A DNA stretch of 64,000 bases from Octopus sinensis (lineage: Eukaryota), in contig NC_043000.1 of assembly GCF_006345805.1 (NCBI RefSeq), positions 144,832,001 to 144,896,000 of the forward strand, given 5' to 3'. The position numbers and the translations under genes are program-made. This document shows, one piece after another, positions 40,293-52,986 of the stretch. A model generated the notes under the pieces. It ran no database searches, was not told the DNA's origin, and was given only the letters and a program-made list of their open reading frames with translations. Position 1 is the first letter of the stretch. Every line of letters begins with the position of its first letter.

Positions 40293-41566
40293 TAATTTTT
40301 TTTTGATAGCGTGCTTTCACTTCACTACCGAGCGCAGCTCTGTGTGCCTTAGGTATGTGCTGTGATTTGTTGTGATGCTCTGATGGTTATTGTATGGAAA
40401 GTGTTCTGCGTAGGATGTGTGCAGTGCCTAGTAGTGCAATTATCTGTATGTTATATGTGTTTGTAAGTCCTGGTGTTTTTGTTATGTATTTCACTGAATA
40501 TTTTTTATCATGCCTAATGCACCTACAATGATAGGGATTGCTTCTGGTTTTAGATTCCACATTCTGGTTACCTCTATTTCCAGGCCTTTGTATTTTGAAA
40601 GATTCTCCATTTCTGTTAGAGACACGTTGTCATCCGGTGGTATTGATACATCAATTAGAAAGCATTTTTTTCTTCATGATCTCTGACAACTATATCTGGC
40701 CTGTTGGCCTTAATTTCTCTATCTGTGTGTATCGGCATATCCCAGAGTATGGTTGCTTTCTCGTTTTCTGTGACCTTTTCTGGTGTGTGCCTATACCATC
40801 TTTTTTCTGTTGTTATTCCATAATGTTGACATAGCTTTCATTGTATGTAGGTTCCAACACTGTCATGTCTGTGAATATATTCCTTCTTAGCCAGGACTGG
40901 GCAACCAGAGATAATATGATTTATTGTTTCTTGTCCATCTCCACATATTCTGCAGTTACTTGTAATATTTCTTTTCATTACATGTTTTTGGTAATTTCTG
41001 GTGGGGAGGCTTTGGTCTTGTGCTGCAATTAAAAATCCCTCTGTCTCTGCTTTGAGTCCTGAGCTTCTCAACCATTGCTAGGATTTTTCTTTGTCTATTT
41101 CTTTTGTGCTTAGTTTAGTCCAGTATTTACCATGAAGGGGCTTTTCTTGCCATCGCTTCATCATGGTTCGTTGCTGTTCTATTTTTTTTTGGATTTCATT
41201 TGTTTTATAGCTTTTGTTGTTTCTTCTTCTTCTTCTTCTTCTTCTTCTTCTTCTTCTTCTTCTTCTTCTTCATATTTATTAGGTGGTATGATTTCTTGAG
41301 AACAGCTTTTTGTTTTGCTCGTGTTTTGTCGCTATTTTTATCAGTTTTCCTTCCTTCTGAAGTAGATATTTTTGCAGTACTATGGCGGTTATTTTATAGT
41401 AGTTTTCCAGCTGTATAAGGCCTCTACCACCTTCTATACGTTGTATATATAGTCTTTCTATGTCAGATTTTGGGTGATGCATCCTAGATCCTGTCATTAT
41501 TTTTCTTGTTTTCCTATCTATTTTGGTCAGTTCATTTAGTGTCCAGTTAAGGATATTGTAGCTGTA
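40290..41566 (-). mobile_element. 5'-truncated R4/Dong subfamily 1 copy (~1.28 kb)
   Basis: Homologous to ~36024-37306; truncated at GATATTGTAGCTGTA and joined to (TAA)n at 41567-41628; internal (GAA)17 tract. Confidence 0.95.
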
Positions 41567-41578
41567 TTATTATTATTA

Positions 41579-41629
<51 letters not shown>

Positions 41630-41654
41630 GTTAAACTTCTTGTCTTGTGATTAC

Positions 41655-41778
41655 AATGTAAACAATATCAATATCATTTTTTTCAGTCTTCATCGCCAAA
41701 GCAAAAGGAAATCTGGTAATATTTAAAGGAGCATTGAGAACAGTAGCAAAGTCTTGAAGACAAGCAAAATCGAGAGAT
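41655..41778 (-). CDS. Candidate internal exon of an unidentified host gene
   Basis: GTTCTGCAG| acceptor and |GTAATC donor; 124 nt open frame SLDFACLQDFATVLNAPLNITRFPFALAMKTEKNDIDIVYI; phase-compatible with exon 42650-42869. Splice sites are only moderate. Confidence 0.4.
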
Positions 41779-42649
41779 CTGCAGAACATTCCCTACCAAC
41801 ATTTCTAACATCAATGGCAGGTGAGACAAAACCGCTATAACATAACAAATAAATAGATAAACACCAGCATTGTTGGAAACTTCAATTGAGGAGTAATGCC
41901 TGGTAATTTTTAATTGATGAGAAAAACACCAATATATCTATGAGCAATAACAGCCAATAAAAAAAAAAGGCCGAATGGTTGCTTTACAATCGTGTAGCGT
42001 GCAGTAAATATATAAAAAATGAATGAATGTTTTCGAGAATATTGGTTGATACCCAGGTACTTGAAGTGTGAGTTAACTTTGTAAAAAATCTATGAGATTG
42101 GTTCGAAGATGAGATTCGTAGTAAAAGATCAGGGTAAAAGAATTGTACTTATTGCATGCCTCGAATTTTATATATTTCGCATTAGAGCCATACGAATATG
42201 AATATGTAATTAAATGAATGAAGAACCATCAAATCATAAAGAACAACCCGGTGTAATACGAAGGGAAGTTAATATTACGCGGAATGGTGCAACTAACATA
42301 ATTAGAACAGCGTCAGCAAATCACTTGACAGGAATCACAGTCAAATATCTTTGAAACAACCCCTGATATCAAATAGTGTTAAACTCATTTTGTTATAGAT
42401 TGTACTAATTTTCGATACATGTATTTATGGGTACTGCATTTAACTGACAAACATTATTATATACTTGTGCGCCCATAATCCTGTCGCCTGAATTACGATA
42501 GGTGAACATGAATGGTTACTTCATCGGTCTTCTACAATACACGAAGTAAGATTGGACTCACAAATATTTATTTCATACTGTTTGCATAATATTCAGTTTG
42601 TCAATATTAAGAAACTATTGATTATCAATTCCACGTATTCATTGCCTAC

Positions 42650-42869
42650 CGTTCCATATGTATATAGTTTTGGCATGTGTTATGTAGTACCGAAGGCCGA
42701 AAATAGGAATTAGATTCTTCCAAACACATATTACAACCATGACATTCAGTTATGAAGAGTGCCTTCCTTATTGGTATTCTTGAGACTTTGTTAGATTTGG
42801 GTGTTTCTGTTTCCTCTTTGTAAGTTAAACAAAGTGAGTGAATCAAGGCAGCTGCACCCAGTATCACCA
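42650..42869 (-). CDS. Candidate internal exon of an unidentified host gene
   Basis: TTCTTTAACGCAATCAG| acceptor and CG|GTAGGC donor bracket almost exactly a 220-nt complex open frame VILGAAALIHSLCLTYKEETETPKSNKVSRIPIRKALFITECHGCNMCLEESNSYFRPSVLHNTCQNYIHME; stops lie just outside the frame. Confidence 0.55.
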
Positions 42870-44032
42870 CTGATTGCGTTAAAGAAATTATTGTATATTC
42901 GGATTACATGAAATAAGGCATGTATAAACTAAAGTAAAATCGATTTCTTTTTGCTACTCGCAATTGTACTTGTCAGGATATATTTCATATCATGTATATC
43001 ATTAAAAACAAAGATTGCTGCGACGTCGAGTTCTCTGAAATTTTTTAGAGTGTTTCATGTATATGGTTATGAATCTATTCTTCGTGGTATTTACATGCAA
43101 TGTCCTAGACGAAAATGCGCTAATAATAGAGTAAACACATTACAGCTATAAATCATACGGCCGTGAGTTATATTTGCCATCCGTTGAACATAATGACATA
43201 AACTATGTGTATGACCTACTTAAGTAGAAAAAAAATCATTGCTTTCAAACTACGTGAAAATAGTTATTTGATGGTTATACTTCTCTTTGTTTTCCACATT
43301 TTGATTTTTTTTTCATTGTAAGAAAACAATTATTTCGTAGATAAATACATTAGCAGCTTGAATGTTAGTTCATATTTCACTCTTATATACTGCAAATATA
43401 ATAACTCTTGAAAAACATTGACAGGTGTAAAAGTTGTTCCAGGTTTGCGACATTCCAAACCTTACAAAAACGTCAGTCTATATAATTTATATTATTATAC
43501 AAAGATTTGACGAGATTCGATTTACGAAATTTATGTTCTTGCTGAGGTAATAGTTGAAAAATAACTAATGCATTTCGCCTTTTGTTATTATAAAGGGCTA
43601 GCATATATAGATGTGGTAGTGTTGAATAGGTGAGTCTTGTTGAAGTTTTTACGCCAAATATATTTGCATTTTTAAAAATATAAGATATCAGTGACAAGAA
43701 ATACGAAAACGAAATCAGGAGGTAATGAGATATACACACGCTGGCAGTAGAAGAACGAAAGTACAAATAAGAAATTGTATATGTGAATGTGTGTATTACT
43801 TTGCATATATGTAAGTGTATGTGCGTGAGTACGAGCACTGATATGAAATCAAACTGTACCCTAGGGATCCCTTGAGCTACGATTGCACTCTATTCTCTCC
43901 ACGGACCAGGGTTACAATGAAGCTATTGGCTGCAAGACTGTAGGTAGCACAAGAGGCTGCAGAAATGGCTCCCACGTGGATTTTATGATCGAAATCTAGC
44001 AAAAAATAGTGTACCTAAAATAAAATAGCGTA

Positions 44033-44428
44033 TACTCTTTACTCTTTTACTTGTTTCAGTCATTTGACTGCGGCCTTGCTGGAGCACCGCCTTTAGTCGA
44101 GCAAATCGACCCCAGGACTTATTCTTTGTAAGCCCAGTACATATTCTATCGGTCTCTTTTGCCGAACCGCTAAGTGACGGGGACGTAAACACACCAGCAT
44201 CGGTTGTCAAGCAATGCTAGAGGGACAAACACACAAACATATACACACACATACATATATATATATATATACATATATACGACAGGCTTCTTTTAGCTTC
44301 CGTCTACCAAATCCACTCGGCCCGAGGCTATAGCAGAAGACATTTGCCCAAGATGCCACGCAGTGGGACTGAACCCGGAACCATGTGGTTGGTTAGCAAG
44401 CTACTTACCACACATCCACTTCTGCGCC
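44033..44428 (-). mobile_element. Full-length tRNA-derived SINE family 2
   Basis: Reverse complement of 63615-64000: head GGCGCAG..GTGTGGTAAGTAGCTTGC, central (TA/TG)n, tail TGACTGAAACAAG and (AAAGAGT)n. Confidence 0.92.
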
Positions 44429-44736
44429 TATGTGTATATATATATATTTATAAGTAATAATAATATAGTTTACGAGCATGAATATTTTAGGCGATCACCG
44501 TGCATTGATTAAGTTTAAAAAATTAATATTGGGGCATACGAGCAATCGACGGGGAAAAAAAGTAGGGTTTGCCGTACGCACGGTCCTCGAACCCATACCT
44601 TTATGTATTTGCAACAAGTGTGCTTCCATTTACACTATTTCAAATGTCCTCGTTTTGGCGCGCTAAATTACCGGAAGAACTATCTTGCAGATGATACTTT
44701 ACTGCAGTGGCCTTTGCCTGTTAGAGAACGTATTAA

Positions 44737-45301
44737 TTTAAATTTAAATTCAAAATGAGGGTGAGAAATTAGATATTAATTTAATTAACATCGATTTCAC
44801 ACCAGTGGTCTAGCATATAAAAAAAATGAAGTTTCAGTAAAATTGTATTATATACATTTGAGGGAAATAGTAGCCACGAGTGTAGTGGGTAGAACTGTTT
44901 ACAAATCTGACTTTGTGCGAACGTCCTAGTATGCAGTCCTGAAAATTATGTTCATCTGGACATTCGCACCGATGATCTACGGACATTTATGTAAGTAAAA
45001 TTACGTAATATATTAATAGAAAAACATGTATGCGAACAATCCATATTTTCATTGCTTTTTCTTTTGTCTTGCTCGATTACATTTCGGTTGTTTTGCTAAA
45101 TTTTTCTTGAGAATATTTCTTAGTGGTAAGACCATAGTGGATCTATTTCTAGCATAATGGTGTCCACATAGTGGTTTCCCTCTAATATGTATATAATACA
45201 ATTTTACTGAACCTTCATTTTTTTATATGCTAAACCACTGGTGTGAAATCGATGTTAATTAAATTAATATCTAATTCCTCACCCTCATTTTAAATTTAAA
45301 T
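44737..45301. mobile_element. MITE with ~130-bp TIRs
   Basis: AAAATGAGGGTGAGAAATTAGATATTAATTTAATTAACATCGATTTCACACCAGTGG..GAGGGAAA is mirrored at ~45172-45301; no ORF. Confidence 0.88.
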
Positions 45302-45307
45302 ATATAT

Positions 45308-45499
45308 ATATTTTATAATTATGAGTATAATTATAATTACGGTTCAGCAAAGGTTTGCTTTACCACATACCCCGGGAGCTTCTTCTTATAGTAGAGGAAA
45401 TACCTAAGGTTCTTTGGCTGCTATTTCTAAAGTTCGGTATGTGGTAAAGCAAACCTTTGCTGAACCCTAATTATAATTATACTCATAATTATAAAATAT
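45308..45499. mobile_element. Small MITE with ~65-bp TIRs
   Basis: ATAATTATGAGTATAATTATAATTACGGTTCAGCAAAGGTTTGCTTTACCACATACC mirrored at ~45435-45499. Confidence 0.88.
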
Positions 45500-45593
45500 T
45501 AGTTAAGTTTACCGAAAAATGGCCCTTTTAACATGTCGAATACTACTTTGGTGGAATTATTAATTACTAGTTAATTAATTATTTTTACTCTTT

Positions 45594-45629
<36 letters not shown>

Positions 45630-46370
45630 GAGAGAGAGAGAGAGAGACTCGCACGCATACCTACATGCAATCTGTGTCTGCGTGTTCGTAAGTTTGTGTT
45701 GTGTATGCAACAGCGCGTTAAATTATAAAGAAAAGAAATGGAATCTTTACAAATATTTATTTGCAGTTACATAATCGTTTTCAAAATTCCTTTATTTACA
45801 AAGATTTTTAATTCAAATAAATCTAAGTCACATGCATCTCGACTCTATAACGTTAACAGATACTTAACACAGAAAAGGTTTCTGTGTCACGTTTTTATTT
45901 ATTTATTTATTTGTATTTGAAAATGTTATCTGTCGAGTTGAAGTTGATTATTGAAATACGTTTCATGTCATGACTAATTGGATTAATATTATTTTCTGTT
46001 CCAACATTTCTTGAATAGCTTTCTATTAAGAATGTGCAATCATGATTAATTAATTCTCTTGTGAGGTCCACAGTATAATATCAATTGTGATTAAATATTG
46101 CTTACGTTAATCTGTCAACTAACCTGAAAGCTACAGTTTAATGACCTCATTACTCATTTTCAACGAAGCGGTTCTTATTGTCTACCATTTTGCAAATGAA
46201 AAATAATATATCCTTGTTTCATGTACCAGATAAAATCACGTTAGAAATCTGTTCGGGATGTTATCATACCTTATTCGGGAGTGGTTCATAAACTTTATTT
46301 GTTTGTAATTTATCTGCGTATTGTCCGAACAGTTGAATCGGACTATGAATGTGAGAGTTTTGTAGAATGT

Positions 46371-46746
46371 GATGGATGGAAGCACTCCGTCGGTTACGAC
46401 AATGAGGGTTCCGGTTGAACCGAATCAACGGAACAGCCTGCTCGTGAAATTAACGTGCAAGTGGCTGAGCACTCCACAGACACGTGTACCCTTAACGTAG
46501 TTCTCGGGGATATTCAGCGTGACACAGAGAGTGACAAGGCCGGCCGCTTGAAATACAGGTACAAAAGAAACAGGAAGTAAGAGTGAGAGAAAGTTGTGGT
46601 GAAAGAGTACAGCAGGGATCACCACCATCCCCTGCCGGAGCCTCGTGGAGCTTTAGGTGTTTTCGCTCAATAAACACTCACAACTCCCGGTGTGGGAATC
46701 GAAACCGCGAGTCCGCTGCCCTAACCACTGGGCATTTGCACCTCCA
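46371..46746 (-). mobile_element. tRNA-derived SINE (family 3 head, different 3' half) flanked by a 178-bp direct repeat
   Basis: Head shared with 26046; (CATC)n-like tail; flanks 46193-46370 and 46747-46924 are direct repeats with 8 substitutions and no indels by my count. Confidence 0.92.
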
Positions 46747-48061
46747 CAAATGGAAAATAATATATCCTTGTTTCATGCACCAGATAAAATCACGTTAGAA
46801 ATCTGTTCGGCTTGTTATCATACCTTATTCGGGAGTGGTTCATAAACTTTATTTGTCTGTATTTTATCTGCGTATTGTCCGAACAGTTGAATCGGACAAT
46901 GAATGTGGGAGTTTTGTAGAATGTACACACACATAAGTGCTTGTTTACTGGGTTGTGACTATTATATGCCTATTTCACTTTTGTTTATGAATAGTGAGTT
47001 AGGTTTGCAAGGCAAATTTCGTTTCTTTTATGTAGTATTTGTTACTGCTAATACATTTAATAGCTTAAGTAAGCTCTTCTTGAGCACCCAATAAATTAAT
47101 TTCTTTGCTATAATTATATGAGCCCCCTTTACATTTCGTGACCTGAATCAACCTTATAAGAGACAAGCAAAATCCATGAAACACAGAAACTTAGCAATAT
47201 TAGAGACCTACTGCAGAAACCCATACTGAAAAGTATACGACTATTATAGGAGGTGAAATGTAACGGCCGAACCACTTCTGTATAAATTTAGTAAAAGTAT
47301 TGTTAATGTGTCATTTGATGTATTATGAATCTAAATTTAAACAGGAATTTGATATGAGTGGGCACTAGTAAGAAGAAGATTCTGAATTAACAAAACATCA
47401 GTCCTATAGAAAGGTGAACGATATTTATTTCTTTAATTCAATAACAGCACTCACAGGCCAAGCATATCTTGTTCAATGTGGGGAATGAAGTTTACTGCTA
47501 GAACCGAAACGTCGGGTATAATTCAGGCTCACATTACCGAAGGAGAAAATTTAGGAAAGCCAGGATGGTTTCTGGAAAATTTACTGCTATTGGTCACATA
47601 ATATTGTTAGAAGTTAGATTGGCATATCGGTGACGCTAGATGAATTAGGAAGGAGAATGTCCTGCGTTACGTGGCGGGACAGGAATTGGGTGGAGTGCTC
47701 GTATCTGATGGACGTTTGCAGGGTCTTGTAAGCAGACAGAATCAAGAGCAGTGAGTGTGTGTACACAGGAGAGTATGAGTGAGTGGATGTGGGTGCGTTA
47801 TTGGTTTTATAAATGTTTGCCCATTTAAATGATAAGTAGTTCACTAGTTAATACGTGTGCACCCACGAACGCGTTTAGAGCACGTGTAATGATCTGCGTG
47901 CGTAAGACTGTACATTATAACATTTCTGTATAAATTTATAAGTGCGAGTATGTTTGTCGGGAGGAGAATATTTATGTGCATGCGTGTGTACATGCACGAA
48001 TATAAGAGATACTAGTATACATCTGATCAACAAGCACACATAAGTATCGAAAGTATGTTTG

Positions 48062-48114
<53 letters not shown>

Positions 48115-48179
48115 ACAAACACGCATACACCAGACAAAAACACAATCATGCGAACGTATACGTTCTTCCAGAAAAACAC

Positions 48180-48830
48180 GAACATAACCATTCGTTTATA
48201 CACATAGAGTACACATATATATTATATCTATGTGCGTATTCTTCTCGTAAAGTTCCGTTTCTCCCGCATTACCAAACTTCAAAAGATCTCAAGAACAATC
48301 AAAAATTCTCAAGGCCCACCTCACATCAAAGAATGAATAAGAATTCTTAGGAATATAATGTGGAGGTGGATGTGGAAAATGCAAGAACAACAACATCTTT
48401 AAATGATTAGAAAGTGGTTCTCACATAAATTTCAAGCACGCATTCTCGTTCAAAGCAAATGCAGATATGAACTGCAAACGCAGAACCTCATATTCTACAT
48501 CAACTGCCCCAATTGTAAAGAAAAGTATATTGGTGAGTCAAATAGTTCCCTCTGCTAACGTGCAAGAATCCACAGGCAACATATCCCACAAGAGAAATTA
48601 CGCAAGAATCCGTTAAACAAGCATCTGGAAATATGCAGCGACGGAAAATTCAAAACCTTGCCATTTTACAAATATTCACGGGATGATCTGCAATACCGGA
48701 AAGCAATGAAGCTACACTTCTTCAATAAATTCTCTCCACCTTCTATTATAAAGGTGTAAAATCATCGTATCTTCAAGGTCTGCTCCCAATCGGATTCTCA
48801 GACGCAACGTTTCTAGCTCTTCAGATGTTA
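48180..48830 (+). mobile_element. Decayed Penelope-like element, GIY-YIG endonuclease region
   Basis: NLIFYINCPNCKEKYIGES..L.*RARIHRQHI..KHLEIC..PFYK (~48484-48740) is a GIY-YIG pattern; hammerhead-core-like CTGAAGA-GCTA-GAAAC on the minus strand at 48806-48824. Confidence 0.8.
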
Positions 48831-49961
48831 TCAATGGGAAATACTGAAGCGAGTTTAACTTTGAGCAGATATAAAGCCATAAACATTAGTTAGAAGAAGA
48901 CTGCTTCATTTTATCGATCCGCGTAGGTGAACTTTTTAATGATTTCCAAAACTAATTAATAATGCAGAACACTATATAGACAACGGAGTACAATTACACT
49001 GAAACAGCATTACTGAATATTTTAGTTGTCATAACAAGAAGAAAAGATAACAGCCATCAGAAGCGACATTTACAACAGCTCGACATGTTCACATCAACTA
49101 TACAAATTTTACACATCTCTTGGCACACATTAGTCATCAAAACAAACAACTATTCCGCTTAATCTTTTCCCATGAATATGTACAATTAATTTGAATCTTC
49201 AAAGTTGGTGTCTATGACACCTACAATTTAACAGAAACTACATAAAAGTCTCTACCCAAAAATGGTAATACATTAGAAATAGGAACTTATACACATTCAA
49301 TAATTACAATTACAAATGAAAAGCACTAAATTCTCTACTTAGAACACAGAAAGAAAGAAACACAAGCCATCCGAAATTATCTTCAACAACATTTCATTGT
49401 TCAGTCAAGAATATCCAAGCACCAGATAATCAATATCCCTGACATATACATATATATACTTATAAGTGCCAAATTATGCTTATAAAGAAACATCTAATGG
49501 ACAAAACTGATGTCATATTAACCACGCACTCTGCACCACTCATACACGGACCAGTCTATCAATTTGCATCAGGATATATCTTCATTCCACTTTTCTTCAA
49601 AGTATTTCATCTAAGCTGTGATATATACTGGTTCTAATGAAGACTACAGAGGACAAATAAAATTTAAATTGAGGACTAGATGTACTATTAACACGCAATG
49701 ATCGCGGAATCGTAATATTAGTTTCCTGCAAGCAAACGTTTAGCCGTTTGTACAACGAGCAAATCACCAACACTCAATTTCTTACTAAGTTTCCATTCAA
49801 TAAAAGACGGAAGGTATAGACGTATACCTATTTACTTATAATTGATTACAGGGATTTCTTCACCGGTGTTTTTGGCCGATTATAGTCCCTGCCTGTATAT
49901 ATGAATAGAATTATGTTCTTTGACTTCAGCATTAGAGTAGTTTAGTTCTTATTTCTAGCAG

Positions 49962-49998
<37 letters not shown>

Positions 49999-50039
49999 AT
50001 ATATATACATACGTATATACAAATATATATTTGCCATGA

Positions 50040-50215
50040 TAGATCGCTAGCCACTACACATTCTCTATTTTCTCTCCTTGTTTCTTTCTATATTCTTTTC
50101 TGTGGAAGAGCGTAGGCTCGAAACGTTAAAGACTTTTTCACTTCCCTTGCGTTATACTAATACATCTGTTTGCTATCTACACCACCTGTCTTCGTCTTTT
50201 TTTGTGAATTTTCCT
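50040..50215 (+). mobile_element. Penelope-like pseudo-LTR remnant with minimal hammerhead-like motif
   Basis: CTGTGGAA-GAGC-GTAG-GCTC-GAAAC-GTTA|AAGA at 50100-50132; its 3' part is also found at ~8007-8085. Confidence 0.6.
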
Positions 50216-50333
50216 TCTATACATATATATATACATACATACATATATACGTACGTCAATATACGTGCATATAATAATTAGTAATGAAAATAATAATAAT
50301 AATAATTATCGTAATAATAATAACAACAACAAC

Positions 50334-50850
50334 ACGGTCTACAAAGAGCAAAGACGTGGCATTAGCAAAACCCAGAAGGAGTCACCGAATATGAAAAGTG
50401 CAACATCCTGTGGGATGCAATGATCCACTACGATCACCAGACCAGACATCGGAAAACCGACGTTGTTCTGGTGAATAAAATTCAAAGAAGATGTATGATA
50501 ATTAATATAGTGTGCCCCGATGACAACAAGATGGATGTGAAAAAAAAAGAAAAAGTAAACAACCGTGACAATTTGAAGTGGGAAATACGAAGTTTGTGCG
50601 CAAGGAATCGAGTAGACGTGATACAAATAGTAATTGGTTCACTTGGAAGTATCAGCACTCAACTACCAAAATGGCTAAAAAAGTTTGGTGCAATTGTGAA
50701 GGTAGAACACCTACAAAAATCAGCATTGCTTGGAACTGCAAGAATTCTTCACAGGATTCTTGAAACACGACCAGTAAAATAAGCGTCACCTTAGTTGGCT
50801 GGCCACGGACAGTTGACACTTTTCATCATACCTAACAATGAGTCGTAATA
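50334..50850 (+). mobile_element. 5'-truncated R4/Dong-like element (further subfamily), RLE region
   Basis: ILWD..IHYDHQTRHRKTDVVL..IINIVCPDD..IVIGSLG..LQKSALLGTARILHRIL; preceded by (TAA)n/(CAA)n and followed by a degenerate TAA tract. Confidence 0.88.
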
Positions 50851-50930
50851 AAATAGTAATCATTATAATAATGATATTTCATATATATATAGAGAATATC
50901 AAATTATCGGTGCGTGACTCTTGGCTCAAC

Positions 50931-51647
<717 letters not shown>

Positions 51648-52054
51648 ATGTATCTTTGAGGAAGAATACAAACGGTGTTTAATGATTCAGAATATCTATT
51701 GCTGCAGAATATTTGAACATCTATTCAGAACATCTCAATATCTGTTTATTTTTTTTTATGATTAGTTTGATTATACCGATCACATCATTAAATTATCCGA
51801 TCTCGTCAGGTGATCTTAAACTTAGGTAAGTGAAGATAATTGAAATCGACTCATTTCGCAATGCAGTGGCAGACCGTGTGAGTATATTTCAAGAACCATT
51901 AAAATTTAATGGGATGTTAGCAATACATAAAAGGCACAGATCGGGGGACAATACATTTTATATAGACAGTTATTATAGTCATTTATGTATTCAATGATGA
52001 CTGAAGAAGCAATAAAAGATACGAGGACTGGTGAAGAGAAAGATACAAATATTC

Positions 52055-52351
52055 TTCTCTACTCTAGGCACAAAGCCTGAAAATTTGGAGTAGGCAGCCA
52101 GTCGATTAGATCAACCCCAGTACGTAACTGGTACTTAATTTATCGATCTCTAAAGGATGAAAAGCAAAGTCGACCTCGGCGGAATTTGAACTCACAACGT
52201 AACGGCAGCCGAAATACCGCTAAGCATTTCGCCCGACGTGCTAACGATTCTGCCAGCTTGCCGCCTTTGCCAGCTTGCCGCCTTTAAAGACAAACGAACT
52301 ACCACTAAGCATGTCGACCGGTGTGCTTACGTTTCTGTCAGCTCGCCGCCT
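52055..52351 (-). mobile_element. SINE family 1 copy with an alternative 3' tail, plus a second decayed head
   Basis: Family 1 head and core on the minus strand; 18-bp tandem duplication TGCCAGCTTGCCGCCTT(T) at the 5' end. Confidence 0.85.
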
Positions 52352-52938
52352 TAAAAGAAACAAGTATTATAATGGAAACGGGTTAGGAATCGTCTTCGCA
52401 AATTCAACAGATATAAGCAAATAAATATGCAAGATTATCTTTCTACAACACAGAAAGAAAAATATAGAAACCAAGATTATCCTTCTCTGTTCCCTTTCAT
52501 CCTTCTTTGGTTTTTTTATTTTTGTTTTATTGCATATTTTAACCTCATTTAAAGCATAAATACTTAGGATAGCGATCTATGAAATTTATTGTCCCTGATC
52601 TCTGCCTTGTGGGTATTACTAAGAGGCTATTATATTTTGAAGTTTCTTCAAATATAATCACATGCTCTTCCAATGCATGAAGAAGTGAATCAATTTGATT
52701 TTATTAATATTCTTTTTTGTCTTACCTATTTCAAATCATTTGAAGAGAGCGGAATATTTTCATGATATAATCGGAGTCACTGAACTATCCATAAAATATG
52801 TTTTGCTGAAACAGCTCTCCCTGAATCTCTAAACTACTCTCATGTTCTTCTTTTTTGCAATCACCGTGCCTGGAGTCATTCTTATGTAGTAGCTATAACT
52901 TGCATTGGATCGGGAACATATATATATATATATATTAT

Positions 52939-52986
<48 letters not shown>

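Noticed and set aside
39681-40295. 204-aa plus-strand ORF
   Set aside because: Antisense to the R4 5' region plus (ATT)n tracts; no independent coding signal.
43870-43995. Candidate upstream exon for the minus-strand gene
   Set aside because: Good acceptor, but two alternative open frames and no good phase-1 donor to join exon 42650-42869.
47255-47600. PLAT-like peptide (..GKPGWFLENL..) or an LTR starting TGTAAC after a purine tract
   Set aside because: No convincing donor site and no second LTR; the two readings conflict and neither is supported.
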